From contig CAVXTP010000006.1 of assembly GCA_963764715.1 (NCBI GenBank), forward strand, positions 1-64,000: 64,000 nt of DNA. Reading direction: 5' to 3'. This DNA is from an uncultured Acidobacteriota bacterium (GTDB lineage: Bacteria > Acidobacteriota > Thermoanaerobaculia > UBA5066 > Gp7-AA6). The stretch's first letter is position 1, and each line of letters starts with the position of its first letter. This document shows, one piece after another, positions 45,210 through 64,000 of the stretch. Position numbers and translations under genes: made by a program. The notes under the pieces are model-generated. The model was not told the DNA's origin. It saw only the letters and a list, made by a program, of their open reading frames with translations, and ran no database searches.

Positions 45210-45833
45210 CGGGACAGCACCTCGCAGCGGCCGCCGGCGGCCTCGATCGAAGCCCTGGCGGACGCCGAGAATTTGTGGGCGGAGACGGTCAGGGCCTTCT
45301 TGATCTCCCCGTCACCGAGGATCTTGATGAGCCGATTCTTCCGGGTCAGGCGCGAAGCGGCGAGCATCTCGGGGTTCACGGCCGCTCCGGCGTCGAAGCG
45401 ATCGAGGTCCGAGATGTTCACGATGTCGTACTCGACGCGGAAGATGTTCGTGAAGCCGCGCTTGGGGAGCCGCCGGTGGAGCGGCATCTGGCCGCCCTCG
45501 AAGCCCCGCTGGTGCCGGTAGCCGGTCCTCGACTTCTGGCCCTTGCTTCCGCGGCCGGCGGTCTTGCCGTGCCCGGACCCGGGGCCGCGGCCGACCCGTT
45601 TGCGGTAGTGGGTCGAGCCCGGAGCCGGACCGAGGCTGTGCACGCCGAGCGCCGGCGGACGCGAGGGGGCCGGGGCCGCCTTCTTCGCGACCTTCGGGGG
45701 ACGGGCGGCCGCCGGGGCGGCCGGCTTGCGCCGCGGGCTTCGCGGCCGCCGCCTTCGCGTGGGCCTTCGGCGCCGCCTTCGCGGGCTTCTTCGCGGCCGG
45801 AGCCGCCTTCGTCGTCTTCTTCTTCTCGACCAT
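45206..45833 (-). CDS. rplO: 50S ribosomal protein L15 with Lys/Ala-rich N-terminal extension (frameshifted)
   Basis: [30 protein letters not shown]; upstream [19 protein letters not shown]. Confidence 0.9.
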
Positions 45834-45836
45834 GAG

Positions 45837-46061
45837 TTAGCCCTTCGCCACTTCGACGAGGTGGCGGACCTTGCGGATCATTCCGCGCACCGCCGGCGAG
45901 TCCTCGCGAACCACCTTCTGTCCCATGCGGCTGAACCCGAGGCCGACCAACGTCGCCTTCTGGTCCTTCGGCGTGCAGATCCCGCTCTTGACCTGCGTGA
46001 TCGTCAGCCGTCCGCCGTCCTTCCTGCCCCGCTTCTCGGAGGCCTTCGCCGCCTCGGTCAC
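45837..46061 (-). CDS. rpmD: 50S ribosomal protein L30
   Basis: [28 protein letters not shown]. Confidence 0.92.
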   Translation of the reverse strand: MTEAAKASEKRGRKDGGRLTITQVKSGICTPKDQKATLVGLGFSRMGQKVVREDSPAVRGMIRKVRHLVEVAKG

Positions 46062-46616
46062 GCCTTCTCCTCCACCGCGACCTCGGGCGCCGCCGCCGCG
46101 CGGCCGCGCCGGCGCGCGAACTCGTCCTCGTTGCGCAGCCGCAGGAGCCCGTCGAACGTGGCCTTGATCACGTTGTGCGGGTTGGTCGTCCGGAGCGACT
46201 TCGTCAGGATGTCCTGGATGCCGACCGACTCGAGCACCGCCCGGACCGGCCCGCCCGCGATGACGCCCGTGCCGGCCGCGGCCGGCTTCAGGAGGACGCG
46301 TCCCGCGCCGTACGCGCCGATGATGGCGTGCGGGATGGTCGTGCCCTTGAGCGACACCTTCTGCATGTTCTTCTTGGCCATCTCGATGCCCTTCTTGATG
46401 GCCATCGGGACTTCCTTCGCCTTGCCCGAGCCGTAGCCCACCCGACCCTGCGCCGTCGCCCACGACGACGAGCGCGGAGAACGAGAAGTTCTTGCCGCCC
46501 TTGACGACCTTGGTGACGCGGTTGATGTGGACGACGCGGTCGATCAATTCGCGACCCTGCGCGTCGCGCTCTTTTTCGCGCTCGCGCGGCGCCCGCGGGC
46601 CCCGGTTGCTGCTCAT
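46058..46616 (-). CDS. rpsE: 30S ribosomal protein S5 (frameshift near 46445)
   Basis: [31 protein letters not shown]. Confidence 0.95.
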
Positions 46617-46646
46617 CGTTCCGTTCTCCTCGTGATCCCGACCATC

Positions 46647-47015
46647 CTAGAACTCCAGGCCGCCCGAACGGGCGCCCTCGGCCAGCGCCTTGACGCGGCC
46701 GTGATACCGATACCCGCCCCGGTCGAAGACGACCTTGGTGACGCCGGCCTTCTTCGCGCGCTCGGCCACGAGCGTTCCCACCCGGGTCGCCGCCTCGCGC
46801 GAGCCGCCCTTGGGACCGTCCTTGCGCAGGCCCGCGTCGAGCGACGACGCATGGGCGAGGGTCGAGCCCTGCCCGTCGTCGATGACCTGGGCGTAGATGT
46901 GCCGGCCGCTCTTGAAGACCGCCAGGCGCGGACGCTCCGCGGCCCCGCTGACCATGGCGCGGACCCGGAGGCGAACCCGCGACCGGGCTTCCGTTCGTGC
47001 TTGCGACGTGTTCAT
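46647..47015 (-). CDS. rplR: 50S ribosomal protein L18
   Basis: [23 protein letters not shown]. Confidence 0.96.
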   Translation of the reverse strand: MNTSQARTEARSRVRLRVRAMVSGAAERPRLAVFKSGRHIYAQVIDDGQGSTLAHASSLDAGLRKDGPKGGSREAATRVGTLVAERAKKAGVTKVVFDRGGYRYHGRVKALAEGARSGGLEF

Positions 47016-47017
47016 GA

Positions 47018-47560
47018 TTACTTCCCGCCCGCCTTGCCGACCTTGCGCTTGATCACTTCGTTGGCGTACTTGATTCCCTTGGCCTTGTACGGATCGGGCA
47101 CGCGGAGCTTCCGGATCTCCGCCGCCGTCTGCCCGACGCGCTGCTTGTCGGCGCCCGTCACCGTCATCTTCCCGGCCTTGGCGTCGATCGCGATCGCGAT
47201 TCCCTCGGGAATCGGGAAGTCGACGGGGTGCGAGTACCCGAGGGAGAAGACGACCGACTTGCCCTTGACCTCGGCCTTGTAGCCCACGCCCGAGATCTCG
47301 AGCTCGCGGGTGAAGCCTTTCGTGACGCCCTCGACATTGTTGGCCACGAGGCTGCGGAGCAGCCCGTGGACCGCGCGCGCCTTCGGCTCGTCGGAGCCGC
47401 GGGCGATCCGGACCTGACCATCGGCGACGGCCACGGTCAGGCCGGCCGGGATAGCGCTCGAAAGCTCACCCTTGGGCCCCTTGACTCGGACCGTTCCACC
47501 GTCCGCCTTGACCTCGACCCCCTTGGGGATCGAAACCGGCATTTTCCCTATACGCGACAC
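47018..47560 (-). CDS. rplF: 50S ribosomal protein L6
   Basis: [21 protein letters not shown]. Confidence 0.97.
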   Translation of the reverse strand: MSRIGKMPVSIPKGVEVKADGGTVRVKGPKGELSSAIPAGLTVAVADGQVRIARGSDEPKARAVHGLLRSLVANNVEGVTKGFTRELEISGVGYKAEVKGKSVVFSLGYSHPVDFPIPEGIAIAIDAKAGKMTVTGADKQRVGQTAAEIRKLRVPDPYKAKGIKYANEVIKRKVGKAGGK

Positions 47561-47579
47561 AGGTTTGCTCCTCTTCGCC

Positions 47580-47978
47580 TCACCAGACGTTGCAGAGAAC
47601 TTCGCCGCCCAGGCGCGACTCCCGCGCCGTCCGGTCGGTCACGATGCCCTTCGAGGTCGACACGATCGACACGCCGAGGCCGCCCAGGACCTTGGGGATG
47701 GCTTCGGCCTTCGCGTAGACGCGGCGGCCGGGCCGGGAGACGCGCTCGATCCCCGAGACGATCGGCTCGCCCTCGTGGTCGTACTTGAGCCCGACGCGCA
47801 GGACCGGCCGCCCGGCCTCCTGGACCTTCCGGAAGGAGGCCACGAAGCCTTCCTCCTCGAGGACCTTCAGGACGGCCTCCTTGACCCGCGAAGCGGGCAC
47901 GTCCACGCGCTCGTGCCCGGCGCGCATTCCGTTCTTCAAGCGGGTCAGGAGATCGCTCAGGGGGTCGCTGGTTTTCAT
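47580..47978 (-). CDS. rpsH: 30S ribosomal protein S8
   Basis: DPLSDLLTRL, SRPGRRVY, STSKG, GGEVLC. Confidence 0.96.
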   Translation of the reverse strand: MKTSDPLSDLLTRLKNGMRAGHERVDVPASRVKEAVLKVLEEEGFVASFRKVQEAGRPVLRVGLKYDHEGEPIVSGIERVSRPGRRVYAKAEAIPKVLGGLGVSIVSTSKGIVTDRTARESRLGGEVLCNVW

Positions 47979-47982
47979 CGCG

Positions 47983-48168
47983 TCACCACGAAGCCTTCAG
48001 AACGCCCGGGATGTACCCCTGGTTGGCGTTCTGACGGAAGCAGATTCGGCAGAGGCCGAACTTGCGGAATACCGCGCGCGGCCGGCCGCACACGCGGCAC
48101 CGCCGGATCGTCCGGGTCATGAACTTCGGCTTCCTCGCCGCCTTGATTCGCATTGCACGTGTGGCCAT
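47983..48168 (-). CDS. rpsN: 30S ribosomal protein S14, type Z (Zn-binding)
   Basis: [28 protein letters not shown]. Confidence 0.95.
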   Translation of the reverse strand: MATRAMRIKAARKPKFMTRTIRRCRVCGRPRAVFRKFGLCRICFRQNANQGYIPGVLKASW

Positions 48169-48187
48169 CGTCTGTTTCCTGTCTGTC

Positions 48188-48730
48188 CTACTTGGCGAAG
48201 GGCATGCCGAGCTCGGCGAGCAGCGCCTTCGCCCGGTCGTCCCGCCCCGCCGTCGTCACGATCGTCACGTTCAGTCCCTTGGACTTGTCCGTCTTCGCGT
48301 AGTCGATTTCCGGGAAGATGAAATGGTCGCGGACGCCGAGCGTGTAGTTGCCCCGCCCGTCGAACGCCTTGCCCGAGACGCCGCGAAAGTCGCGGACGCG
48401 CGGCAGGGCAATGTTGATCAACCGGTCGAGGAACTCCCACATCCGGTCGCCGCGCAGGGTCACCCGCGCGCCGATCGGCATCCCCGTCCGGAGCTTGTAG
48501 GTCGCGATCGACTTCTTGGCCTTCGTCACGTTGGCGCGCTGGCCGGCAATCGACGACAGCTCCTCCGCGGCGCCCTCGAGCATCTTGGGGTTGGCGACCG
48601 CCTCTCCCAGGCCCATGTTGAGGACGATCTTCTCGAGCCGCGGAATCGCCATCACGTTGTCGATCCCGAACTCCTTCTGGAGCGCGGGGGCGACTTCCTT
48701 GGCGTACCGTTCCTTGAGTCTCGCTGCCAT
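48188..48730 (-). CDS. rplE: 50S ribosomal protein L5
   Basis: [27 protein letters not shown]. Confidence 0.97.
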   Translation of the reverse strand: MAARLKERYAKEVAPALQKEFGIDNVMAIPRLEKIVLNMGLGEAVANPKMLEGAAEELSSIAGQRANVTKAKKSIATYKLRTGMPIGARVTLRGDRMWEFLDRLINIALPRVRDFRGVSGKAFDGRGNYTLGVRDHFIFPEIDYAKTDKSKGLNVTIVTTAGRDDRAKALLAELGMPFAK

Positions 48731-48739
48731 GGCGTTCCT

Positions 48740-49063
48740 TTACGCGAGCACCGCGCCGCTCTTCTTGGCGACGCGCTCGGGTTTGCCCTCCGCGTCGCGG
48801 CGGCGGCCGATCCGCGTTCCGACGTTGCGGTCCGGGTCGACGAGCATCACGTTGGAGATGTGGATCGTGGCTTCCTTCTCCGAGATGCCGCCGGCGATGT
48901 TCTTGCCCGGATTCGGGCGCGTGTGCCGCTTGATCATGTTGACGCGCTCGACGATGACGCGGCCCTTCTCGGGCATCACCCGCAGGATCCGGCCCTGCCG
49001 GCCGCGGTCGCGTCCCGCGATCACGACGACCATGTCGTTCTTCTTCAACTTGGGCTTGGGCAT
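48740..49063 (-). CDS. rplX: 50S ribosomal protein L24
   Basis: VVVIAGRDRG, EATIHISNV. Confidence 0.95.
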   Translation of the reverse strand: MPKPKLKKNDMVVVIAGRDRGRQGRILRVMPEKGRVIVERVNMIKRHTRPNPGKNIAGGISEKEATIHISNVMLVDPDRNVGTRIGRRRDAEGKPERVAKKSGAVLA

Positions 49064-49440
49064 CACAGCACTTCCGGTGCGAGGGAAATGATCTTCATGA
49101 ACTTCTTCTCGCGCAGCTCGCGCGCGACCGGCCCGAACACGCGCGTCCCGATCGGCTCCCCCTCGTTGGAGATCAGGACCGCGGCGTTGTCGTCGAACCG
49201 GATGTACGACCCGTCCTTGCGCCGGTGGTTGCGCCGGGTCCGGACGATGACGGCCCGGACGACGCGCTTCCCGTGCTTCTCGACGAAGGGCGAGTCGGGA
49301 GCGGCCTCCTTGACCGAGGCCGTGATGATGTCGCCGAGGCCCGCGTACTGGCCGGCCGAGCCGCCGCGCATGCGGATGCAGGCGATCTTGCGCGCCCCGG
49401 AATTGTCGGCCACCTCGAGGATGGTCCCCATCTGAATCAT
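49063..49440 (-). CDS. rplN: 50S ribosomal protein L14
   Basis: [28 protein letters not shown]. Confidence 0.97.
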   Translation of the reverse strand: MIQMGTILEVADNSGARKIACIRMRGGSAGQYAGLGDIITASVKEAAPDSPFVEKHGKRVVRAVIVRTRRNHRRKDGSYIRFDDNAAVLISNEGEPIGTRVFGPVARELREKKFMKIISLAPEVL

Positions 49441-49450
49441 CGGCTTCTCC

Positions 49451-49720
49451 CTACGCCTGCGCCTTCACGAGGATTTCCTGCAGACGCCACCGCTTCAGCC
49501 TCGAGAGCGGGCGGGTCTCTTCGATCCGGACGCGGTCGCCGACGTGCGCGGCGTTCGCTTCGTCGTGCGCGTGGAAACGGCTCGTCCGCTTGATCGTGCG
49601 GGTGTACTCGGCGTGCTGCACCCGGCGCTCCACCTCGACGACGATCGTCTTCTGCATCTTGTCGGAGACGACGCGCCCGACCTTCGTCGCCCGTCCCTTC
49701 GGCTTGACCGTTTCGTTCAC
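49451..49720 (-). CDS. rpsQ: 30S ribosomal protein S17
   Basis: [21 protein letters not shown]. Confidence 0.95.
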   Translation of the reverse strand: MNETVKPKGRATKVGRVVSDKMQKTIVVEVERRVQHAEYTRTIKRTSRFHAHDEANAAHVGDRVRIEETRPLSRLKRWRLQEILVKAQA

Positions 49721-49926
49721 TGACCTGCCTCCGCCTTTCGGGCCCGCTGGTACGTCTTGATGCGCGCGATGTCGCGCCGGATCGTCTTCAGGCGGCTCGG
49801 GTTCTCGAGCTGCCCGGTCGCTTTCTGCAGCCGGAGCTTCCAGGACGCCGCCTTGAGCTCCTTTTCCTTCTCGGCGAGGTCCGCCTCGCTCTGCAGCGAC
49901 AACGTCTCGCGTTCCTTCTTCTTCAT
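49717..49926 (-). CDS. rpmC: 50S ribosomal protein L29
   Basis: [22 protein letters not shown]. Confidence 0.92.
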   Translation of the reverse strand: MKKKERETLSLQSEADLAEKEKELKAASWKLRLQKATGQLENPSRLKTIRRDIARIKTYQRARKAEAGQ

Positions 49927-50348
49927 CGGATCTCCATTTCGGAGGCGCGGGTCACCAGGCGCGTCTTCAAGCCCAGCTTGTCGGCCGCGAGCTTGAGGGC
50001 CTCCGTGCCGGTGGCGAGGTCGACGCCTTCCATCTCGTAGAGGATCCGGCCGGGCTTGACCACCGCGACCCATCCCTCCGGCGCGCCCTTGCCCTTGCCC
50101 ATGCGCGTTTCGGCGGGCTTCTTGGTGTACGGCTTGTCCGGGAAGATCCGGATCCAGATCTTGCCGCCGCGCTTGACGGCGCGGGTCATGGCGACGCGGC
50201 CGGCCTCGATCTGCCGGGCGGTGATCCAGCCGGGCTCGAGGACCTGGAGGCCCATGTCGCCGAACGCCAGCTCGCCGCCGCGGAAGGCCTTGCCCCGCAT
50301 GCGCCCGCGCTGCTGTTTCCTGTACTTGACCTTGGAAGGCATCAACAT
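49923..50348 (-). CDS. rplP: 50S ribosomal protein L16
   Basis: [21 protein letters not shown]. Confidence 0.97.
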   Translation of the reverse strand: MLMPSKVKYRKQQRGRMRGKAFRGGELAFGDMGLQVLEPGWITARQIEAGRVAMTRAVKRGGKIWIRIFPDKPYTKKPAETRMGKGKGAPEGWVAVVKPGRILYEMEGVDLATGTEALKLAADKLGLKTRLVTRASEMEIR

Positions 50349-50360
50349 GACGGAACTCGC

Positions 50361-51014
50361 TTACGCCGCGCTCTTGCGGCGGTTCTTGGCCTTGTGCTGC
50401 TCGCCCCGGTAGATCCACACCTTGACGCCGATCTTTCCGTACGTCGTGTTCGCCTCGGCGAACCCGTAATCGATGTCGGCCTTCAGCGTGTGGAGCGGGA
50501 GCCGCCCCTCCTGATACCACTCGGACCGCGCGATCTCGGCGCCGTTCAGGCGCCCGGCGCACCGGATCTTGATCCCCTGGGCCCCGAACCGGAATGCCGA
50601 CTCGATGCCCTTTTTCATCGCGCGCCGGAACGCCACGCGCCGCTCGAGCTGGAGGGCGATCGACTCGGAGACCAGCTGGGCGTCGGTCTCGGGGCGCTGG
50701 ATCTCGATGATGTTGATGTGGACCTCGGTCCCGGTCCGCTTCTGGAGCTCGTCCCGGAGACGGTCCACCTCGGCGCCGCGCTTGCCGATGATGATGCCCG
50801 GCCGCGACGTCTGGATGTTGACCTTGAGCTTCCCGGAGAAGCGCTCGATGTCGACCTCGGAGACCCCGGCATGCGACAGGCGGCCCTTGAGCTCCTTGCG
50901 GAGTTTCAGGTCGTCGTGAAGGAACTTGAGGTAGTCCTTCTCCGAGAACCAGCGCGAGTGCCAGGTCCGGTTGAAACCGAGCCGGAATCCGTAGGGATGG
51001 ACTTTCTGCCCCAT
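50361..51014 (-). CDS. rpsC: 30S ribosomal protein S3
   Basis: [30 protein letters not shown]. Confidence 0.97.
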   Translation of the reverse strand: MGQKVHPYGFRLGFNRTWHSRWFSEKDYLKFLHDDLKLRKELKGRLSHAGVSEVDIERFSGKLKVNIQTSRPGIIIGKRGAEVDRLRDELQKRTGTEVHINIIEIQRPETDAQLVSESIALQLERRVAFRRAMKKGIESAFRFGAQGIKIRCAGRLNGAEIARSEWYQEGRLPLHTLKADIDYGFAEANTTYGKIGVKVWIYRGEQHKAKNRRKSAA

Positions 51015-51022
51015 GGTGCTCC

Positions 51023-51361
51023 TTAAGCCTCGTCCGAGAGTTCGATCGTCAGGTGGCTCTTGCGGTGCAGGACGCGGAACGCGCGCCCCATCGGCGCCGG
51101 ACGCACCCGCTTCTCCTGCGGTCCCTTGTCGACGGTGATCTTGCGGACCACGAGCTGGTCCACGTCGAGCTGGGCTTCCTTCTGCTCCGCGTTGGCGACG
51201 GCCGAGCGGAGCGTCTTGAGAATGTCGCGGGCCGCGACCTTCCGCGCGTGGCGCAGGATGGCGACGGCGTCGTTGACCTTCTTGCCGCGCACGAGGTCCG
51301 CCACCAGGCGCACCTTCTGCGCGGAACCCTTCATGTACCGGAGCCTGGCCGTGGCTTTCAT
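51023..51361 (-). CDS. rplV: 50S ribosomal protein L22
   Basis: [32 protein letters not shown]. Confidence 0.95.
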   Translation of the reverse strand: MKATARLRYMKGSAQKVRLVADLVRGKKVNDAVAILRHARKVAARDILKTLRSAVANAEQKEAQLDVDQLVVRKITVDKGPQEKRVRPAPMGRAFRVLHRKSHLTIELSDEA

Positions 51362-51369
51362 GGCTTCCC

Positions 51370-51726
51370 TCAGGCCTTCGGCGCCGCCGCGGCCGGGGCC
51401 GCGCCCGGAGCCGAGACCGGCTTGCCGGCGCCGGCGGCCGCGACGGCCGCTCCGGCCTCCGCCGCCTTCTTGCCGCCGTGGCCCTTGAAGATCCGCGTCG
51501 GAGCGAACTCGCCGAGCTTGTGGCCGACCATGTTCTCCGCGACGTAGACCGGGATGAACTTGCGCCCGTTGTGCACGGCGATCGTGTGCCCGACCATGTC
51601 GGGAATGACCGTCGAGCGGCGGGACCAGGTCTTCACGACCTTCTTGTCGCGGGTCGCGTTCAGGGCCGCCACCTTCTTGAGCAGGTGGTCGTCCACGAAC
51701 GGGCCCTTCTTGATTGAGCGTGCCAT
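51370..51726 (-). CDS. rpsS: 30S ribosomal protein S19 with Ala/Pro-rich tail
   Basis: [28 protein letters not shown]. Confidence 0.97.
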   Translation of the reverse strand: MARSIKKGPFVDDHLLKKVAALNATRDKKVVKTWSRRSTVIPDMVGHTIAVHNGRKFIPVYVAENMVGHKLGEFAPTRIFKGHGGKKAAEAGAAVAAAGAGKPVSAPGAAPAAAAPKA

Positions 51727-51729
51727 CGG

Positions 51730-52560
51730 TTAGACCTTCGACTTGCGCCGGCGGACGATGAATCCGTCGGTGCGCTTGTTGTTGCGAGTCTTCATGCCCT
51801 TCGTCTTCCAGCCCCACGGCGAGGTCGGGTGGCGTCCACCGGAGGTCTTGCCCTCGCCGCCGCCCATCGGGTGGTCGACGGGGTTCATGGCGACGCCGCG
51901 GTTGTGCGGACGCCAGCCCAGCCAGCGGTTGCGGCCGGCCTTGCCGATCGACACGTTCTCGTGCTCGAGGTTGCCGACCTGCCCGATCGTCGCGTAGTTC
52001 TCGCTGTGGACCTCGCGCACTTCGCCGGAGGGCAGGCGCACCTGCGCGTAGGTGCCCTCCTTGGCCATGAGCTGCGCGGCGGCCCCGGCGGAGCGGACGA
52101 GCTGGCCGCCCTTGCCGCGGGTCAGCTCGATGTTGTGGATCGTCGTCCCGAGCGGGATCGCCTTGAGCGGCAGGGCGTTGCCCGGCAGGATGTCGGCCGA
52201 GGGGCCCGAGACCACGGTGGCGCCGATCGCCAGGCCGTTGGGCGCGAGGATGTAGCGCTTCTCGCCGTCGGCGTAGTGGAGCAGCGCGATCCGCGCCGAG
52301 CGGTTCGGGTCGTACTCGATCGTCGCGACCTTCGCCGGGATGTCCTGCTTGTCCCGCCGGAAGTCGATCATCCGGTACAGGCGCTTGTGGCCGCCGCCCA
52401 TGAACCGGGACGTCGTCCGGCCCTGGTTGTTGCGGCCGCCGGTCGCGCGCAGGCCGACCGTCAGGCGCTTCTCCGGACGGACCGGAGAGATCTCCTGGAA
52501 GTCGAGCTTGGTCTGGAACCGGACTCCGGGGGAGGTCGGTTTGAACTTTTTGACTGCCAT
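51730..52560 (-). CDS. rplB: 50S ribosomal protein L2
   Basis: [33 protein letters not shown]. Confidence 0.97.
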   Translation of the reverse strand: MAVKKFKPTSPGVRFQTKLDFQEISPVRPEKRLTVGLRATGGRNNQGRTTSRFMGGGHKRLYRMIDFRRDKQDIPAKVATIEYDPNRSARIALLHYADGEKRYILAPNGLAIGATVVSGPSADILPGNALPLKAIPLGTTIHNIELTRGKGGQLVRSAGAAAQLMAKEGTYAQVRLPSGEVREVHSENYATIGQVGNLEHENVSIGKAGRNRWLGWRPHNRGVAMNPVDHPMGGGEGKTSGGRHPTSPWGWKTKGMKTRNNKRTDGFIVRRRKSKV

Positions 52561-52847
52561 TACACGCCCTCGAAGAACTCGATCTTCTGATCCGGCGCGA
52601 GCCGGACGTAGGCCTTCTTCCAGGCCTTGCGCTGGCCGACGAACCGGCCCATGCGCTTCCACTTTCCCTCACGGTTGGCGACCCGGACGTCGAGCACCTT
52701 GACGCCGAAGAGCTTCTCGACGGCGCGCCGGACCTCGATCTTGTTGGCCGTCTTGTCGACCTCGAAGCAGATCGTGTTCGACGCTTCCTTCATCAGCGCC
52801 GCCTTCTCCGTGATCAGGGGCTTCCGGATGATCCGCTGGGCATCCAT
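52560..52847 (-). CDS. rplW: 50S ribosomal protein L23
   Basis: [26 protein letters not shown]. Confidence 0.95.
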   Translation of the reverse strand: MDAQRIIRKPLITEKAALMKEASNTICFEVDKTANKIEVRRAVEKLFGVKVLDVRVANREGKWKRMGRFVGQRKAWKKAYVRLAPDQKIEFFEGV

Positions 52848-53476
52848 CACTCGCCTCCCAGGTTCTTGACGACGCGCGAGAACGCCTGCCTCGACAGCAC
52901 GAGCGTCCCGTGGGCGAGCACGTCGTACGCGTTGACCGCGAGCGGGTCGACGAGCTTCCAGGCCTTCACGTTGCGCGAGGCGCGGACGAAGTTCTCGTTG
53001 CCGCGGGCGTCGACGAAGAGCGTCTTGCCCTCGATGCCGAGCGCGCCGACCGCCGTGACGAGGTCCCTGGTCTTGGTGCTCGCCACGTCGAGCTTGTCGA
53101 CGACGACGATCCGCTCCTCGGCGGCGCGGCGCGAGAGGACCGCCTTCAGGGCGTTCTTCTTCTCGCCGACCGAGACTCCCTGCGCGTACGAGCGCGGCAC
53201 GGGCCCGTGCACCGTGCCGCCGTGGCGGTGGATCGGCGGGCGGCCGCCGCCCTGCCGGGCCCGGCCGGTGCCCTTCTGCTTGAAGGGCTTCTTGCCGGAG
53301 CCCGAGACCTCGGAGCGGACCTTCGTCTTGTGCGTGCCGGCGCGCTGACCCGCGAGGTAGGCCTTGACGACCTCCCACACGAGGTGCCGGCGGTACGGGT
53401 ACGCGAAGACGTCCTCGGGCAGGGCGACTTCGCCGACCTGCTCGTTCTTCCAGTTCAAAACGGGGATCTTGGCCAT
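52847..53476 (-). CDS. rplD: 50S ribosomal protein L4
   Basis: [32 protein letters not shown]. Confidence 0.96.
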   Translation of the reverse strand: MAKIPVLNWKNEQVGEVALPEDVFAYPYRRHLVWEVVKAYLAGQRAGTHKTKVRSEVSGSGKKPFKQKGTGRARQGGGRPPIHRHGGTVHGPVPRSYAQGVSVGEKKNALKAVLSRRAAEERIVVVDKLDVASTKTRDLVTAVGALGIEGKTLFVDARGNENFVRASRNVKAWKLVDPLAVNAYDVLAHGTLVLSRQAFSRVVKNLGGE

Positions 53477-53480
53477 GCTC

Positions 53481-54129
53481 TTACGCCTTCCTCCGGCCGA
53501 AGCTCGAGCGCACGATCTTGACGATCGCGTTCCGGGCCCCCGGGACGGCGCCGGAGATGTAGAGGAGGTTCTTCTCGGCGTCGACGCGCACGACCACCAG
53601 GTTCTTGGACGTCGACTGGCGGCCGCCGAGCCGGCCCGAGGAGCGCGTGCCCGGGATAGACGCGCGACGGGAAGGCCGACGGGCCGATCGAGCCCGGCGC
53701 CCGGTGGAACATCGAGCCGTGCGTGGCCGCGCCGCCGCGGAAGCCGTGGCGCGCGACGACGCCCATGAACCCCTTGCCCTTGGACGTGCCGATGACGTCG
53801 ACGTGGTCCTGCTCGGCGAAGGAGTCGCAGAGGACCTTGTCGCCGGGCTTCAGCTCGTCGCCCTTGTCGGCCTTGACTTCCATCAGGGTCCGCATGGGCG
53901 CCACGCCGGCCTTCTCGAACCGGCCCTTGGACGCCTTGTTCGCCCGGCGGTCCGGGCGCGGGCCGACGAGGCCGATCTGGAGCGCGTCGTAACCGTCCTT
54001 GTCGGCGGTCTTCTTCTGGACGACGAGGCACGGCCCGGCCTGCACGACGGTGACCGGCACGACCGTGCCGTCCGCCGCGAAGAGCTGGGTCATCCCCACC
54101 TTCTTGCCGATGATTCCGTGTACGGCCAT
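53481..54129 (-). CDS. rplC: 50S ribosomal protein L3 (frameshift near 53640)
   Basis: [29 protein letters not shown]. Confidence 0.95.
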
Positions 54130-54133
54130 GGCT

Positions 54134-54457
<324 letters not shown>

Positions 54458-54459
54458 TT

Positions 54460-55654
<1,195 letters not shown>

Positions 55655-55688
55655 CTGTCCTCACCAATTTCACTCAACGGAAGCCGTT

Positions 55689-57783
<2,095 letters not shown>

Positions 57784-57825
57784 GGTCTTGAGTGAAGTGG
57801 TGTTTCGGTTCGTTCGGTTTCGGCG

Positions 57826-58296
57826 TTACCAGCGATAGTGGGCGAAGGCCTTGTTGGCCTCGGCCATCTTGTGCGTGTCGTCCTTCTTCTTCACGGCCCC
57901 GCCGCGCAGGTTCGCGGCGTCCAGGAACTCGGCCGCGAGCTTCTCCTTCATCGTCTTCTCGCCGCGGGCGGTGGCGTACTCGATGATCCAGCGGATCGCG
58001 AGCGACGTGCGGCGGTTGGGCCGCACCTCGACGGGGACCTGGTAGGTCGAGCCGCCGACGCGGCGCGACTTGACCTCGAGGGCCGGCTTGACGTTCTCGA
58101 TCGCCTTCTTGAAGGCCTTCATCGGATCGTCCTGGGTCTTCTCGGCGACCTTGTTCAGGGCGCCGTAGAGGATCCCCTCGGCGGTCGACTTCTTGCCCTG
58201 CGACATCACGGAGTTGATGAACTTCGTGACGAGCTGGGAGTTGTACAGCGGGTCCGGGAGGATCTCGCGCTTGGCAACGACTCGGCGTCTCGGCAT
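57826..58296 (-). CDS. rpsG: 30S ribosomal protein S7
   Basis: [27 protein letters not shown]. Confidence 0.98.
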   Translation of the reverse strand: MPRRRVVAKREILPDPLYNSQLVTKFINSVMSQGKKSTAEGILYGALNKVAEKTQDDPMKAFKKAIENVKPALEVKSRRVGGSTYQVPVEVRPNRRTSLAIRWIIEYATARGEKTMKEKLAAEFLDAANLRGGAVKKKDDTHKMAEANKAFAHYRW

Positions 58297-58313
58297 CGTG
58301 TCTTCCTCTTACC

Positions 58314-58688
58314 CTAGGCCTTGGGGCGCTTGGCGCCGTACTTGGAGCGGCCCTGCTTGCGGTTGGCGACGCCGACCGCATCGAGCGTTCCGCGAATGAC
58401 GTGGTACCGGACGCCGGGGAGGTCCTTCACGCGGCCGCCCCGGATCATGACGATCGAGTGCTCCTGCAGGTTGTGGCCGACGCCCGGGATGTACGTCGTG
58501 ACTTCGATCCCGTTCGTCAGTCGCACGCGCGCGACCTTGCGCAGCGCCGAGTTCGGCTTCTTCGGCGTCGTCGTGTACACGCGCGTGCAGACGCCGCGAC
58601 GCTGCGGCGAACGCTGGAGCGCGGGCGACGCGGTCTTCACCGCGAGCCGTTCGCGGCCTTTTCGGACGAGCTGAGAAATTGTCGGCAT
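58314..58688 (-). CDS. rpsL: 30S ribosomal protein S12
   Basis: [24 protein letters not shown]. Confidence 0.98.
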   Translation of the reverse strand: MPTISQLVRKGRERLAVKTASPALQRSPQRRGVCTRVYTTTPKKPNSALRKVARVRLTNGIEVTTYIPGVGHNLQEHSIVMIRGGRVKDLPGVRYHVIRGTLDAVGVANRKQGRSKYGAKRPKA

Positions 58689-58815
58689 CGACTCTCCTGA
58701 TCTCCCCGAGTCCCCCGGAGCCGTGGAAGGACCCGAGATCGACCGTAAAACGCTTTACTTCGGGTCGGGAAGACAGGCCCACCGGCCCTCCCGAGTCCAG
58801 AGGAAAAACCCGCGA

Positions 58816-58843
58816 ATCGTACGCGCGGGGGAGGGTCTGTCAA
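58816..58843 (-). promoter_or_regulatory. sigma70-type promoter of the str operon
   Basis: Minus strand TTGACA-N16-TACGAT upstream of rpsL. Confidence 0.7.
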
Positions 58844-59056
58844 GCGAAAATCCCTGCCAGGGCGATTGCTTTGGCGCCGTCGCGTCCCCTGCCGTCCGCT
58901 CGGAGACCGGGGTCCCGGACTATGTCCGACGCTTCCCGCTCCGGCGTCACCTATATCGCTGTGAGGCGGCCCTTACCCGGCGGGCCCCTCCGGTCACGGC
59001 CTAACTGAACGAACCGAGGGCCCCGAGGGCCGAGTGCCGATCGAACCGGAGCTCGG

Positions 59057-63244
<4,188 letters not shown>

Positions 63245-63262
63245 ATTAGTCGCTCCTTCTTA

Positions 63263-64000
<738 letters not shown>

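Overview
High-GC bacterial chromosome segment. The gene repertoire suggests Acidobacteriota, probably Thermoanaerobaculia (inference). Many essential genes (tuf, fusA, rpoB, secY, rpsD, rpsE, rpsK, rplC) carry small indel frameshifts, so the sequence is very likely an error-prone long-read assembly. There are three zones. (1) 1-8.8 kb is an accessory region downstream of an intact tRNA-Pro(CGG) gene (8712-8788, minus strand). The 3' 45-48 nt of this tRNA, beginning at the anticodon loop, recur at 95, 3358 and 5973. These copies delimit three tandem 2.6-3.3 kb cassettes with unrelated cargo: a secreted BNR-repeat propeller, a SAM methyltransferase plus a propeller fragment, and a secreted kelch-like protein. 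Each copy is followed by a lambda-like att arm (10-bp-phased repeats and 11-bp tandem arm-type repeats, plus an IHF-like box in two of the three). No integrase is visible. In two cassettes the cargo sits among remnants of Ser/Thr-kinase genes. This integrase-less, tRNA-anchored cassette array is the most interesting feature. (2) 8.8-38.7 kb is housekeeping and metabolism: a Ser/Thr kinase, fdhD, an EF-G paralog, zwf/tal/tkt, a debranching enzyme-GT4-GH57-gpmI cluster, sulfatase-like-TPR, M24 peptidase, wHTH-FHA regulator, TPR proteins, amidase, gatCA, tRNA nucleotidyltransferase, PilT-like ATPase and VanZ. (3) 38.7-64 kb is the contiguous rpoBC-str-S10-spc-alpha cluster on the minus strand. 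All protein calls come from motif recognition by eye; no database search was run.
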